Translations under genes and position numbers: made by a program | Notes under the pieces: generated by a model | What the model was told of the DNA's origin: nothing | What the model saw: the letters and a program-made list of their open reading frames with translations, nothing else | Database searches by the model: none | Part shown: positions 1 to 11,700 of the stretch, piece by piece | Layout of the letters: every line of letters starts with the position of its first letter | Numbering within the stretch: position 1 is the stretch's first letter | NCBI GenBank assembly: GCA_013265495.1 | Contig: MU062665.1 | Location: 1,283,541-1,347,540 of the forward strand | Direction: 5' to 3' | Source of the DNA: Vicugna vicugna | Lineage: Eukaryota | DNA length: 64,000 nucleotides

Positions 1-2621
1 ATTTTTTCAGAAATCATTTAAAATTAGTCATATTTTCTACAAAATAAAAACAAATATTACATTAGTTCAAATATAGGTTTTAAATTGTAATTATAATAAA
101 ACAAAAAGATGAATCAAAGAACTGAAAAGATCCAAAGTTCCCAAAAGATGCACTATACTGAATGAATACTAAATGACCAAAATTTACCATCCTTTGACCA
201 GAAATATTTAAAGTCCATACTAGACAAGAATAAAGAACTAAGAAGCTCTGTATAGGCCACACTGGCAAAAATTAGTTTATATTAATTTAACTAAGATTTT
301 ACATTAAGCTTATAACCTCAACTTATCTTAATTAATAACTTATAAAGATTTCATTAGACAGTATCTTACATGTAGAAGTAAACTATTACTATACTTTTAC
401 AGTTCTTAAAGAGCTCTATGGTCAATTATAACAAAGTTATGAATACAGTTTGTGGACAAAGCAGGCAAATCCTCAAGCAAAGCAAAGCATCCAATTTTCT
501 AGAGAAAGTAATAATTTACAGAAATTCAGCAGAATTATGTAAGCCTTCAAGTGCAATTAAAGATACTTGGACTTTTAAGAAAACCACCTAACAATGTCAC
601 AAATTAACTTTAGAACTATTCCAATACATCCAACTATTCCCTACTAGTAATACGAATTCTATGCATTTTTACTCTATAGAACTCGTAAGTGTAAACCATT
701 CACTGGAAAATGTATTAGTCTGTCATTAATACAGACTATTTAAAATATGTATTTCAGTAAAAACTTTATTAAATTAAGATGAAAACACAAACTAACAATA
801 AATAATCCTCAACTTGGTAAAATGGACATCCAGAAGCAAGCAATAAAATTAAAATCAGTAAATCGGAAATCTGGGATAGAAAACATTTTTTAAACATTCA
901 ATTTTATGTTTCCTATTGAGAAGATCTAATACAATGATACTACACAGAATGAATTTAGACATATCACAATATACATTTCTTAAAAATTCCTTAAACTTGT
1001 TTAAAAAAGAAATAGTGATTTCCACCAGGGACAATTTTATAAGTATAGCACTCTGGTTTTTATTCTTATCTTTAAACAATACATCTCAAAATGTAAAGAG
1101 TATTAGCAAAGTGGTTAGCAGTTAATTAATGAGACAACCTTATTTTTTGACACTTTTATAGGTGGTCCCTTCACTCTGTCATGAAAATTCACCAAATACT
1201 TAATCTAAACATTTTTGACAAGTGACATAAGTAAAATTTAATCATATCTCTACCTACAGAATATCTGAATGTTTAGAATTTTAAAATGAATTTTACAAAA
1301 TCAGTATGCAAAATATTTCAAAAGGAACGTTTAAATTATTTCTTAATGTTATTTTTTTCAAAGTATCTCATCGAGGGGAAAAAAACTTCTGTAAACTTCT
1401 TTCATCCTGATGTTAGGATATAAAAAAACGTTAAAGTTCCAATGTCCACGCCATACAAAGTTCTCAAACTTTTAAACCATTTACAGATCTTGAATCCTGA
1501 GATTGAAATATTAATGTCCTCAAGTCTTACAAAGCAATATTAAGTCCTTGACAAAAACTGGGTTTAAAAGTTTTAACTTTTAGCCGATTCTATTAATAAT
1601 CGTTTTATTACACCAAACAATGTTTAGAGTAATGCTCTTTATAAGTCAGGACAAACATTAGGGTTTTTAAAAATACTGAAATACCGTTTTAAAAGACTGA
1701 TTCTCCACCCACGCAAGGTTTTTAAAAATAATTTTCACAAATCAGACAAACGCTCTATTTTCATAAAGGAAATTATCATTAGCTTCAACACAAATGCCTA
1801 ACTCTGTCTATGGTTAAAAAAATTTCCTTTTTTAAAGCAAACGTATTCTCAACTGTTTCTCATTTTAAAATCTGCTTTGCATTTTACACTATGAAACAAA
1901 ATAGTGACTTCACGGTTACACTCTAAGGAGCACTTTTATTCAAACCCGATTTTATTAAGACATTTCTACACTATTAGCCAGTTAAACTACTTAACAGTTA
2001 AATAACTAATTAAACAACAGCTGTGATGCAAACAGTATCAACCATGGATAACTCATCTAACCTTAAGGTAGAAATAGTTTAGGCTAATTTCTTTTCTCTT
2101 CCTCCCGGTTTCAAAGAGGAAGAGATGCAAGCAAGGGCCAGAAGGAAAAAAATAAAACCAAGTGACTCATAAGAGCAAATCACCCAAAAAAGGCGTGAAG
2201 AGAGCTTTTCCAGAAATCTCAGGGCGTACTAACCTATCCATTTCTATAATGAATGAAATGGAGGAAAAGGAATCCTTTAAACAGCCAGGCGCCCCCCAAA
2301 CCCTCAGAGCAGCTTTTTCCACAACCATTCTCTCCAAGCGTGTTCCTCTCCGAACCAGGTTTTCACTTAACACTATCCTCACTCACTCTTGGGGAGAAGA
2401 GTTGCAAGAAAATCTGGCGTGCAACCGGTCGTGAATTTAACCCGCGCGGCCACCCTCACCCGGACCGCAGGCCGCCGGGCCCAGGCCCCTCCCCCGGCCT
2501 CGGCAACTCAGGCCGGGTCCCACGCCCCGCAGCCTCCGCTGCCCCCCGCCTCGGCTCGAGGGAAAGAGGCGGGAGGGGCCGGATGGTTCCCAGACCCCTA
2601 CGCCCATAGGCCACCACTCAC
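1..2621 (-). other. MBIP: MBIP intron 1 (partial)
   Basis: Follows the exon-1 donor. Very AT-rich over 1-2100; no sequence resembling exon 2 (LDLRDDVVKITIDW...) found before position 1. Confidence 0.8.
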
Positions 2622-2990
2622 TTGTCCAGCCAGGGTATGCAAGGAGCGAAAGACTTCGCAGACCACCTCTCGGGAGAGGTTGGGGCTGCAGCTCCGCTCC
2701 AGGTTCCTCTCACCGATGGTCGGGAGACTAAGCTCGGCGGCAGCAGCCATGACACTTTCGTAGGCCGCCCCCGCCAGCACCGAGGCGCACTAACAACCCA
2801 CCCCTCCCTCTCCAGCTTTCGTCGCTCCGCGATGATGTAAAAGCGCTGCGTCTCGTTTAGAGCGGGGCTTTGAGGACCCACCCTCTCAATGTGACTGACA
2901 AGCACATGCACCAATCAGGTGCAGCTACAGCGTTCCGCCGAGGACCTCCAGCTGGTTAATAACCACCTAAACGAGGCTGGCCGCAGTGTT
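2420..2990. promoter_or_regulatory. CpG island / MBIP promoter, probably bidirectional
   Basis: Sharp rise in GC and CpG density against AT-rich flanks; CCAAT at 2911-2915; GC-box-like GGCGGGAGGGG near 2568-2580; overlaps MBIP exon 1. Confidence 0.88.
2622..2750 (-). CDS. MBIP: MBIP (MAP3K12-binding inhibitory protein 1, ATAC complex subunit) coding exon 1, 43 codons; gene continues left beyond the window
   Basis: Translation MAAAAELSLPTIGERNLERSCSPNLSREVVCEVFRSLHTLAGQ matches the human MBIP N-terminus as I recall it (MAAATELNRPSSGDRNLERRCRPNLSREVLYEIFRSLHTLVGQ). ATG at 2750-2748; phase-0 donor CAA|GTGAGT at 2621-2616; lies in a CpG island. Confidence 0.93.
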
Positions 2991-5149
2991 TGAGATTGTG
3001 ATTGAAGTTGTTATCTAATGAGAGTTAGCTGCGTGAAGCCTACCTTGACTGTTACATGTTGCTTATAAGTGTTGGTAAGAGAAAACTTTTATAGTTAAAT
3101 GTCAGAGTTTTAGTCCCAAATTGAAAGTTGAAATTTTAACATGGCACTGTGGAGTGGTTTGGAGAAAGATCGCTGGCCAGGGATGTAGCGGTGCCCACAC
3201 GTATTTCTAAACATTGAAAACTCACACGGAATTGTCTTAATTGTTTAGAATGTTTTCATCTGTACACAAATTAACATCACCAATTTTTCATGTGAGGAAG
3301 AGGAGGATATAAAACAAGAAAAGCTCTTTTATGCCTCATTTCTATCAAAGGGATGATACTAATTACCTTAAATCTGCAAAATAATTCTGTCAAGTTTTAA
3401 AACTTGCATCAGTTGCCATTCTCTGGGTGATACGGTAGAGACACTCATCCTATAACTGTTTCAAAGAAGGGAAACAGTGTCAATATGATTCCAACAGTAA
3501 TTTCACCCAATGAAGTAACTTCATGCAACACAATCTTTGAAATTAGAGGATAAATCCGAATTGAAATTTGACAAAAGTATTACTTATCAGATAATTTTAA
3601 TAAAAGATTTTTGAAATACTTTGTCATATTACAGAGTCTAACGTTAAAAATTTTGTTTTCCCGTTGAAAACCAAAACAAGGTTAGAAATTTTTAGTGTTA
3701 AACTCTATTCAAAAGCACTTAAAAATAAACATCAGTTTAGAGATAAGGAAGAGCGACTTAAAATTCTTAATTCTAATAGTCTAGTGCATTTACAGTTGAA
3801 GCAGAGGTGGAAACTTGCACAATGTGTATTCTTCAGTTTTAGAGCAGGCCAAATGAAAGGGAAGGAATAAGGCATCAAGGAACTGGGATTAAGGGCAGTG
3901 GGATAAAAGAACTCCTTTGACCTGCCCCCAGGGAGCCTCTTAATTAGGCTTTCATTTCCAAAGATCACCAGGCTTGACAGGATCTTAAGTAATCTCGTCT
4001 GTTCCCTTGTTCCCAGCAAGATATACAGTTTATAACCCAGCCTATGTCTAGAGACATCCAGAAAAAGATTTCACAATATCTAATCCCAAATTGAGCAACC
4101 TTCCTATTCAAGCCACTTATCCTCATATTTAACCTAAATTCATGATTCTCTGCAATGTTGGCCTATTTTCTTTGCCTTTGGTTCTCCTGTTAGAGAATAA
4201 TTCTAATGGGATAACTAGAAGTTTTTGTTTTGTAACATATTAGCAACCAGTTTCAGATCATTTGTTTTCATTCATTCATTGTTTTGTTTTCAAATATTCA
4301 GGACACATATGAAATACATTTGGGAATATACTTTGTATAGTATAAGAATACCATATTTAATAAGGTACTGCTCATTCTTTTCTTTGCCATCACTGACTTT
4401 GAAATTTCAAGTATTATTTGTTCTCTTGAACCCCTAATATAGAATTAATTGATGGCCATTTGATCTGTATATAAATTCTCTATGGGATTCTGTTACAATA
4501 TGCAGGTTCCCACTTACAGTATTGCTTACTTAGCCAATATTTACAATTTAACTCTTGCTCATTATTTCTTCTTTCCAGGGATCTTCCTCCTTCCTGATGC
4601 CTATTATCTACATTTTTGGATTTTTAAAAATTATTTTCTTCTATTTATTTTAATTAGAATAGTTTGTAGGCTGAAAAGATGTGGATTTCCTTGGGCTTTC
4701 AATAGAAATATACAGATAATGTATAACAAAAATATGATGAAAGCTATGAAATTTAGAAAAGGAGTAAAGGAAATAATTTGCCCTTTATAGAAAACTAATT
4801 ACAGTTTATAAAGCGGGGGGCTGAAAAATCTGCTGCCTGGCAGAAATGATTCAACCTGCTGGTCTTGGCATTAGCAACTGAATCAGAAATACTGTCCTGA
4901 AAGTTCATGCTAAGAATCACTTGGAAGGATAGAAACTATAAATGAAATCTAGGCTATCTACCTTATCAACAAAAACCTCCTTTATGAAGAGCTTTAACAG
5001 TAGGACTCTATAAAATAAAGCAGTGCCCAGCAAAATGCTCTGAGATATTATACATGCTCAACAGATGGTTGTTCAATGTATGGTAGTACACCTCTTCCCT
5101 AATGTAGAAAAGGAAAAATGGTATTTGCCTTCTCTTGCTCCCCATCACC

Positions 5150-5480
5150 TGATAGATAAGTTCAATTTCCTTAGAATGGCATCTAAGGCTCCTCTCATGA
5201 TCTAGTCTTTGCCTAAATTTCCAGCCTCATTTTCAACCACAAGCTACTCTGGTGCTTAGTGTTCCTGAAACTGCTTTTTACTTCTTCAAAACTTAGTGAT
5301 TTTTTTCTTTTTTGCCTCCATGCTTTTATTTATGCCCTTGCTTCTTGTCTGATTGGAAAACTCCTATTCTTCCTTCAAAAACTCCAGCTCAGAAATCTCT
5401 GTGAAGCCTTTCCTCATACTCCTTGTCATAAAGCGCTTATCTTCCCTGCTTACACAACTCCTGCAACTCATATATGCTTC
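5150..5480 (+). mobile_element. L2 LINE 3' fragment
   Basis: Diverged match to the recalled L2 3' region (ctaaggctcctctcatgatct...tccagctcagaaatctctgtgaagccttt). Confidence 0.55.
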
Positions 5481-5484
5481 CATT

Positions 5485-5585
5485 ATCACATTTCTGACCC
5501 ACAGAAACTGAGTGATAAGAAATATTTGTTGTTTTAAGCCACTAAATTTGAGGGTATTTTGTTGCCCAGTGGTATATAACAATAG
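5485..5585 (+). mobile_element. MaLR MLT1-type LTR 3' end fragment
   Basis: ctgacccacagaaactgagtgataagaaatatttgttgttttaagccactaaattt is the typical MLT1 terminus. Confidence 0.7.
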
Positions 5586-6684
5586 AGTTTTCTGGGTTTC
5601 TTGGATCTGTGATTTGATGCTTTTACTATTTTTGGAAATTTCTTGGTCATCATCTTTTGAAATGTTTCTTCTGCTGCAATCTCTCTCTATTCTCTTTCAG
5701 GGATTCCAATTACATGTATTTTAGACTGCACAGAATTGTTCTACAGGGGTTGGATACTCTATTTTTAGTTTTAAACACTTAACCAAATCAGCCTCATCAT
5801 GCTCCCCCTTAAAACACCAGTCCAAGCTGAGCAGCACTCCCTTCTCTGAGGGACTCCACAGGAATATTCCTGTAGATTTTAATAATTCCTAAAAACTCTT
5901 TCCTTTGTTCTTACAACCCTAGAGGGGTTAGCTGTTTTCTGAAATAGCCCAACACTGTGATATATTATTGTTTTCTTATTATCTTTTCAGTTAATTAACA
6001 ATTTCTATTAATATGTTCCCTGTTCAAGTAACAGGTTTTCTAAACCTTGAGTGAATCAGAAGTCAGTACAGGGAGTTCCAGTAAACAAATCCTCAAAGCT
6101 GGGATTTTGAAATTGAAATTTACTTGACTCTCCATTAATCTATGAGCATTTATATGTACCATGTTTGTATACTTAAGACTTAGCATAGTTTCTGGCACAA
6201 AGTAAATTGCTCAGTATATGCTTGTTGAACTGAATTTATTTGCATAAGGTGAACAGATTTGTAAAATGGAAAAAAGAGAAATAAGTTTCTACTCTGGTGG
6301 GGAAATTATAACATATAGTAAGAATGCTATAAATAATTCATTTCAAATAATGAAGCATGTCTGTTTATCTTCTTCTGGAATAGCACATTGAGAGTGCTCA
6401 AATTTTCCTTAATGACTAAATATAGCTAGCCTCCATAACCATGCTCATGAATGATACCCATACAAATTAATTGTACCTACTATATGCCAGACACTCTTGC
6501 TAGCATTGAAGGTACAAAGATGAATCAGACAAGGACTGTCTCTCAAAAAGCTCCAGTTCTCACGGGCTAGGCATATATGTAAACAAACAACTATGATATA
6601 ATATGACAGTGATATTAGAGGTATGTATAAAGCAGTATAACCAATTAGTTCCTGTGGGGAGGAGTCTGGATTCAGTGTCAGGAG

Positions 6685-8970
6685 AAGGATATTCTGAACT
6701 TTTCTCTCATAGCCTAGCGTTTATATGCATTACAAAAGAACACCAAACGTGACTCTTGCTTGAAAAGATCTGGATGACTTAGCTTCTATTAATACCAGAA
6801 AAGAAAGCTTGATAAATTCCTCTGCCCTTGGACACCTCACTTATCAACTTCCCTTTTTCCTCTTCATATATGAGAAGGATGGACGCACTGTTGGAGTACT
6901 TACCCAGAAACATGGGGATCCCCACTGCCCCACAGGGCACTACAGGCAGCAGTAAAGTACTGCTAAGCACGCTGTTAAGCACCACAGTGAGGCAGTGGCA
7001 CCCGACGCCCCCTTGTCTCAGAGCCACTCCTGCCACTGTCCTTTTAGTTAAGGCCACTGGAGAAACAGCCACGGAATCCCCTCTAACCATCTTTGTACCG
7101 CGTGCAGTGGACGCTCTCCTGAATTCTCATCACACTCCACACCTCTCCACCAGTTGCCTGACCTCTTGCTAACCGCTCCTCATAGGATTCTTTCTCATTA
7201 CAATCACCTTAACCCTGACGCCTTTCTTCCCTCTTCTAACGGTGATGCTCCTCATGACTGTTAGACTCTGACAGATCACTCTTTGACGCCTCACAACGAT
7301 TTACAGGAAACTCATCTAACCAATGCTGAGTTCTCATGGTTTACCAATGATTCTTATTTAAAGGGTGAAAATAGTAAATATTTTGCTGGATATGCTGTTG
7401 CAACGCTTTTTTGAAGTCATGGAGGAGGCATCTTTGCCTTTGGCTGCCTCAGCCCAACAGGCTGAATTATATGCTCTTACCTGAGCTTGTCCTCTAGCCG
7501 AGGGCAAAACTGCATTCATACCGGGATGCCTCTGGAGGAGCCCGTGACTTTGGAATGCTATGGAAACAGAGACGTTTCCTTACCTCTACTGGGGATAAAA
7601 TGAAAACATGGCTCTTATGTCCAAAATACATTAGATGCCATACTTTTACTGACCATTTTGTTTATTGTTAAGGTCCCTGAGCATTCCAAACTTGACTCCC
7701 TGGAGTCTAAAGGAAACTACCTCACTAAGAACTATGCTCTCTCTCAAAGGAACCAGCACCCGAACTCAGTCATGGTCCAAATGATAATCTAGGAAATCTG
7801 ACTAGATATGCCCAAAAATCAGCCCCAGAAAAGGAAAAACAATATTGGAAATCGAATAACTGTTGGCTCAATAGAGAGAGAACTCTGGTTTGAGGAAAAT
7901 ACTAATCCAGCCTTTCCAGAGACTCTAAAATTCCCATTATTGACCACTGCGTATACATTAAGCCATTGGTCTGTGGATAAAATGATAACGTTTATGAATC
8001 AATACTGGTGGGGAAATATTCATGAGGCTGCAAGAAATGCCTACTTTGCTTGCCTCACCTGCCCCACCTGTCCAGAAAAACCTGTCCACACTGCTTCTGG
8101 ACACTCTAAATTGTTAAATGGACCATTTGAGGTTTGGAAAATGGATTTTATTTAGATTCCCTGTTTCAGGGATATAAATATATGTAGTCATGGTTTGGTT
8201 TTTTTTTTCCCCCAACTGAATCGAACCCTTTCCATATAGACAAGCTTCTGCCATTTCAGTGGCTAAAATACTAATATAAGAGATTATCCCTACGTGGAGA
8301 GCCCCTCTTGAGCTCCATAGCGACTGGGGAGCCCATTTTACTGGCCAAATATTACGGCAAGTGTGTTGTCTGGCCAGTCCTACAGCACTTTCTCTGTGCT
8401 TATCATCCTCCTCAAACTAGTCTTTAGGACTGATTGAACAAACTAATGACTTCATCAAAACCCAATTGACAAAATTTGTGCAAACCCTCCAAATACCCTG
8501 GCTAAAGGCATTGCTGTTGGTCCTCTAAATCTCAGATCCACCCCCTTTGGAACTCATAAACTGTCACCCTTTGAGGTAATTGCTAGGTGTCCCATGCATC
8601 TAGCTCCTGCCTCTTTTGATCTGCAACTAGTAAAAAGTGATATACTTCAATATCGCAAAGGTCCAGTTACATCCATTGAAAATAACCATGGTTTAGTAGA
8701 GCAATCTTCTCACAGTGCATTCCCAAGAAAGGAAGACCTCAAACACTACCCTATGCAGCCCGGAGATTTCATCTGTTGGAAAAGAGATCTTCAGAAAGAC
8801 TTTATTCTCATTGGAAAAACCCCTATCAGGTACTGTTAACCAATCCTGGTGCTGCCACACTCGAAGGAACAGACTCTTGGATTCATGTGTCACATCCAAA
8901 CGAAGCACTGCACCCTGACTGGATCCGTACACCCCCTGCTGACCTGAAAATAAAAATCTCCAGGAACTGA
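6685..8970 (+). mobile_element. Class I (gamma-like, ERV1) provirus pol relic: RT thumb, connection, RNase H, integrase; stops and frameshifts; 5' LTR, gag, pro and most of RT missing
   Basis: Recognisable peptides LGHLTYQLPFFLFIYEKDG, PPCLRA, AQQAELYAL (7452-7478), integrase HHCC region (SHW...CLTC, ORF 7808-8155) ending GPFEVWKMDFI, and C-terminal HWKNPYQVLLTNP...DSWIHVSH (ORF 8776-8970). Confidence 0.92.
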
Positions 8971-9009
8971 GGCAGACTACAGCTAAAGGAGACAGCTTTC
9001 CCGCAAGGA

Positions 9010-10504
9010 GCAGACCAGGCCTGTATACTTTTTCTCACTATTGCTTCTTCCCTTATTTTCTCCCTCTTTCTCTCTCTTGGAAAGACAATGCTCTTATCCA
9101 CATTTCCCAATCTATTGCAAAAGGGGGATAACTTTTTGACTGTTAGATCTGTCACCAGAAACTCCAGTCTGTTCACAATGTAGGAGACCCCTTGGTCTTA
9201 ACTGTAGCCAATTTCTCTTCAGTCCCAAATCCAGTTGCCAGTTATACCTGTGAACCTGTGGAGTTACCTGTTGGGTTATATTGTTACGACCAGGTGTTTC
9301 CATACCTTGTTTCAGTCTTTCCCCAGTCATAGTGGTACTAGCTCAACTAAATACCTCCACCCTTGCTAATTATACAACCTTCACTCCCCATGTTCTTTTC
9401 CTTATCTGAATATGATTTGTCCCTCAGCACCTGAGGGAGATACAAACAGGCTAATACTTTTGCAAGGCTTTTAGAAAAGACTTTTAGGATGGAATGGCAC
9501 CTTACAGAATATCGTCCCAATTCCTCTGATCTCTGGCTTAAAAAGGTCAATCAAGAAATTCTAGCTAATGGATCTATCAAACTAGATCTCTGTACTCTAC
9601 CTGGTTTCATTTTTTTCTGCAGTGAACAGCATTTCCCATGGGCATATGAATATTTAGATAGCTGGCGAACTGGAGGTCAATGCTTATTGGACCATTTAAT
9701 TGTCCCTGTTAACATACGTAAGAAATTAGAAGTCTCCCATTGGCCCACCCCACTTAGCCTCCATGGCTGCCTTAAATGGGAACTTCTAGGAGGCATACGT
9801 GACTCTGGGTTTGCTTCCATAGAGCCTTTCTCCCTTGGGTTGGATTGAGTGCCAGTGAGCACATTACCAGAGCTAGCCGATTCCATAGCCACAGCGGTAG
9901 CAGCCCAACAACATCACTTGACTTGTTGGCTAAAGTATTTCTGGACAGTCACACTGCTCTTGATTACCTGCTTTGTGAACAAGGAGGCCTTTGTGCAATA
10001 ACAAATACCACTTGTTGCACATGGGTAAATGCCCTGGGGAGGTAGAAACTGAGTTGCGCAAGATCAGGGAACCTACACTGGTTACAGCAAATGTAACCCA
10101 ACTCTCCGTGGTCCTTCGATTTGTTCAGTCGGCTACCTTCAAATCTAGGGTCCTGGTTGAGAACCATAATACAATCTGGATTTGTCACATTACTTTTAAT
10201 TTTGCTTTACATAGTGATTTTAAAATTTTGTACCTATTGCCTGTCAAATCATTGTAGAAACAACGTATCCAATAAGGTGATGCTAGCTCAACGCTTCAAA
10301 ATGCTCTCCCACACTTACAACCTTGATAAGATACAGACTTTAGATGGGAAATGCCTGAGAGTTCTCCCTCCTACCCTTCCTTGTTACTCAAGTGTGGCCT
10401 CAATGGTTTCCAGTCTGTGCACTTTCTCTCCACTGTGGGACATGACAACCAGGAAGGGTTCTTCTGGCATCAAGGGACCAAACGACTCAGTATGGAAAAA
10501 CTGA
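9010..10504 (+). pseudogene. ERV1 env pseudogene (signal peptide, SU, TM); disrupted
   Basis: Hydrophobic leader then WKDNALIHISQSIAKGG; CXXC decayed to C*IC (9141-9152); immunosuppressive-domain-like ALDYLLCEQGGLC followed by CX6CC (CAITNTTCC, about 9955-10020); anchor WLRTIIQSGFVTLLLILLYIVILKFC in ORF 10121-10504. Confidence 0.9.
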
Positions 10505-10556
10505 CTCTTGATCAGTGATGCCTCTGAGGAAAGATCTTGATCAAAGAGGGGAAATA

Positions 10557-10952
10557 TGAAAATGCATAAAGGGAATCCTCATTCAAAATGGAGTTGGGAA
10601 GCCCTGAAGAAGGAGCTCTACACACACCACTCCTTGCAGCAAACCTCAGCAGGAAGCAGCTTACTCTACGTGCCCTAGCAGAAAGACGGAAGATATTCTC
10701 CTTGCCCAGCAACAGCCAGCCATTAATATCCCCTGCAACTCAGCCAATAAGAAGCTCCCACAACCTCAAACTTTCGTCCTCCTCCAATGAACTTTCACTC
10801 AAAACAGCCCATCTTAAATGCCTCCTTTCCTCTGGAAAAGTTGCTCATCTCCTTTGCTCTCTGGACTTGGCAACTGCAATTCCTCTGCTGGTGCCAAATA
10901 CAGATGATTTTGCTGGATAAACCATTTACATTTTTTGTTTTAAAGACCGACA
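10557..10952 (+). mobile_element. 3' LTR of the ERV1 (about 396 bp), preceded by a polypurine tract
   Basis: PPT aaagaggggaaa at 10543-10554; TG...CA termini (10557, 10951-10952); CAGCCAAT near 10741; GATAAA at 10916-10921 where the poly(A) signal is expected. Confidence 0.8.
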
Positions 10953-10959
10953 CTATTTT

Positions 10960-11700
10960 AATATCTGTGCCTGCTAATTACAATATCTCGTATTTCTCAG
11001 TCTGTTCCTGCTGAATGACTTTCGTTATGGTTATAAATTTTACATTGCTGGTTTCAGGATTTTGAAGCATTCATTTACATAGGGTTTTATTCTGATATGC
11101 AGTTAAGTTATATGTAATCTGCTGGCTGTTTTGAGGCTCGTTTTTAAGCTTTGTCTTGGCATGTCCAGGGCAGCTTTAGGCCAGAGCTAATTTAGCCCCG
11201 CAACTAAGGTGACACCCATTCTGAGTATTCTAATCAATGCCGCTTGTACTGCGAGAGCCTTCCACACAGGCTGATGAGAACCCAAACTGTTCACATCCCT
11301 ATGTGAGCACTGGTAAATGTTCTACTAATTACTTTAGAGTTTGGGGTGGTTTTCTCTCACATATACCTGGATCAGTACTCAGCCAAAGACTCAAGAGGAC
11401 CCCCTTGCACATCTCCAGAACTTTCTCTACAGAGCTCTCCTTTCTCTGGTCCTCTGTCCCACAAACGTTGGCTCCCTTGCCTCCCCAAACTCCCTTTATG
11501 CTGTTTAATATCTTGGTTCTGGGAGCTTTCCTCATTTCCATCTTCCTGCTCTTTAATTTACATTTCATTTGTATTTTGTCTGCTATTTAGCCCATCTTCT
11601 GAGTTTTTTTTTTAAACTTCAAATACAGTTTTTTATTTCTAAGATGTCTAATTGGTTATTTTTCTTAACTACTAGGTTAATGTGTGTGTTTCATCACCTG
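10960..11700 (-). mobile_element. Old L1M 5'UTR/ORF1 fragments
   Basis: Matches recalled L1M 5' region (ctcagccaaagactcaagaggacccc...) and ORF1 antisense tract (ctgctatttagcccatc...). Confidence 0.65.

Noticed and set aside
2751-2780. N-terminal extension of MBIP (MLAGAAYESV) suggested by the ORF track
   Set aside because: Starts at GTG; similarity to MBIP begins at the ATG at 2750.
2162-2914. Other overlapping ORFs in the CpG island (118, 124, 72, 98 aa)
   Set aside because: Expected stop-codon depletion in GC-rich DNA; low-complexity Pro/Arg/Ala translations with no recognisable homology.
9010-10504. Env as a domesticated syncytin-like gene
   Set aside because: Split over several frames, nonsense codon in CXXC, no intact furin site or clear start codon.
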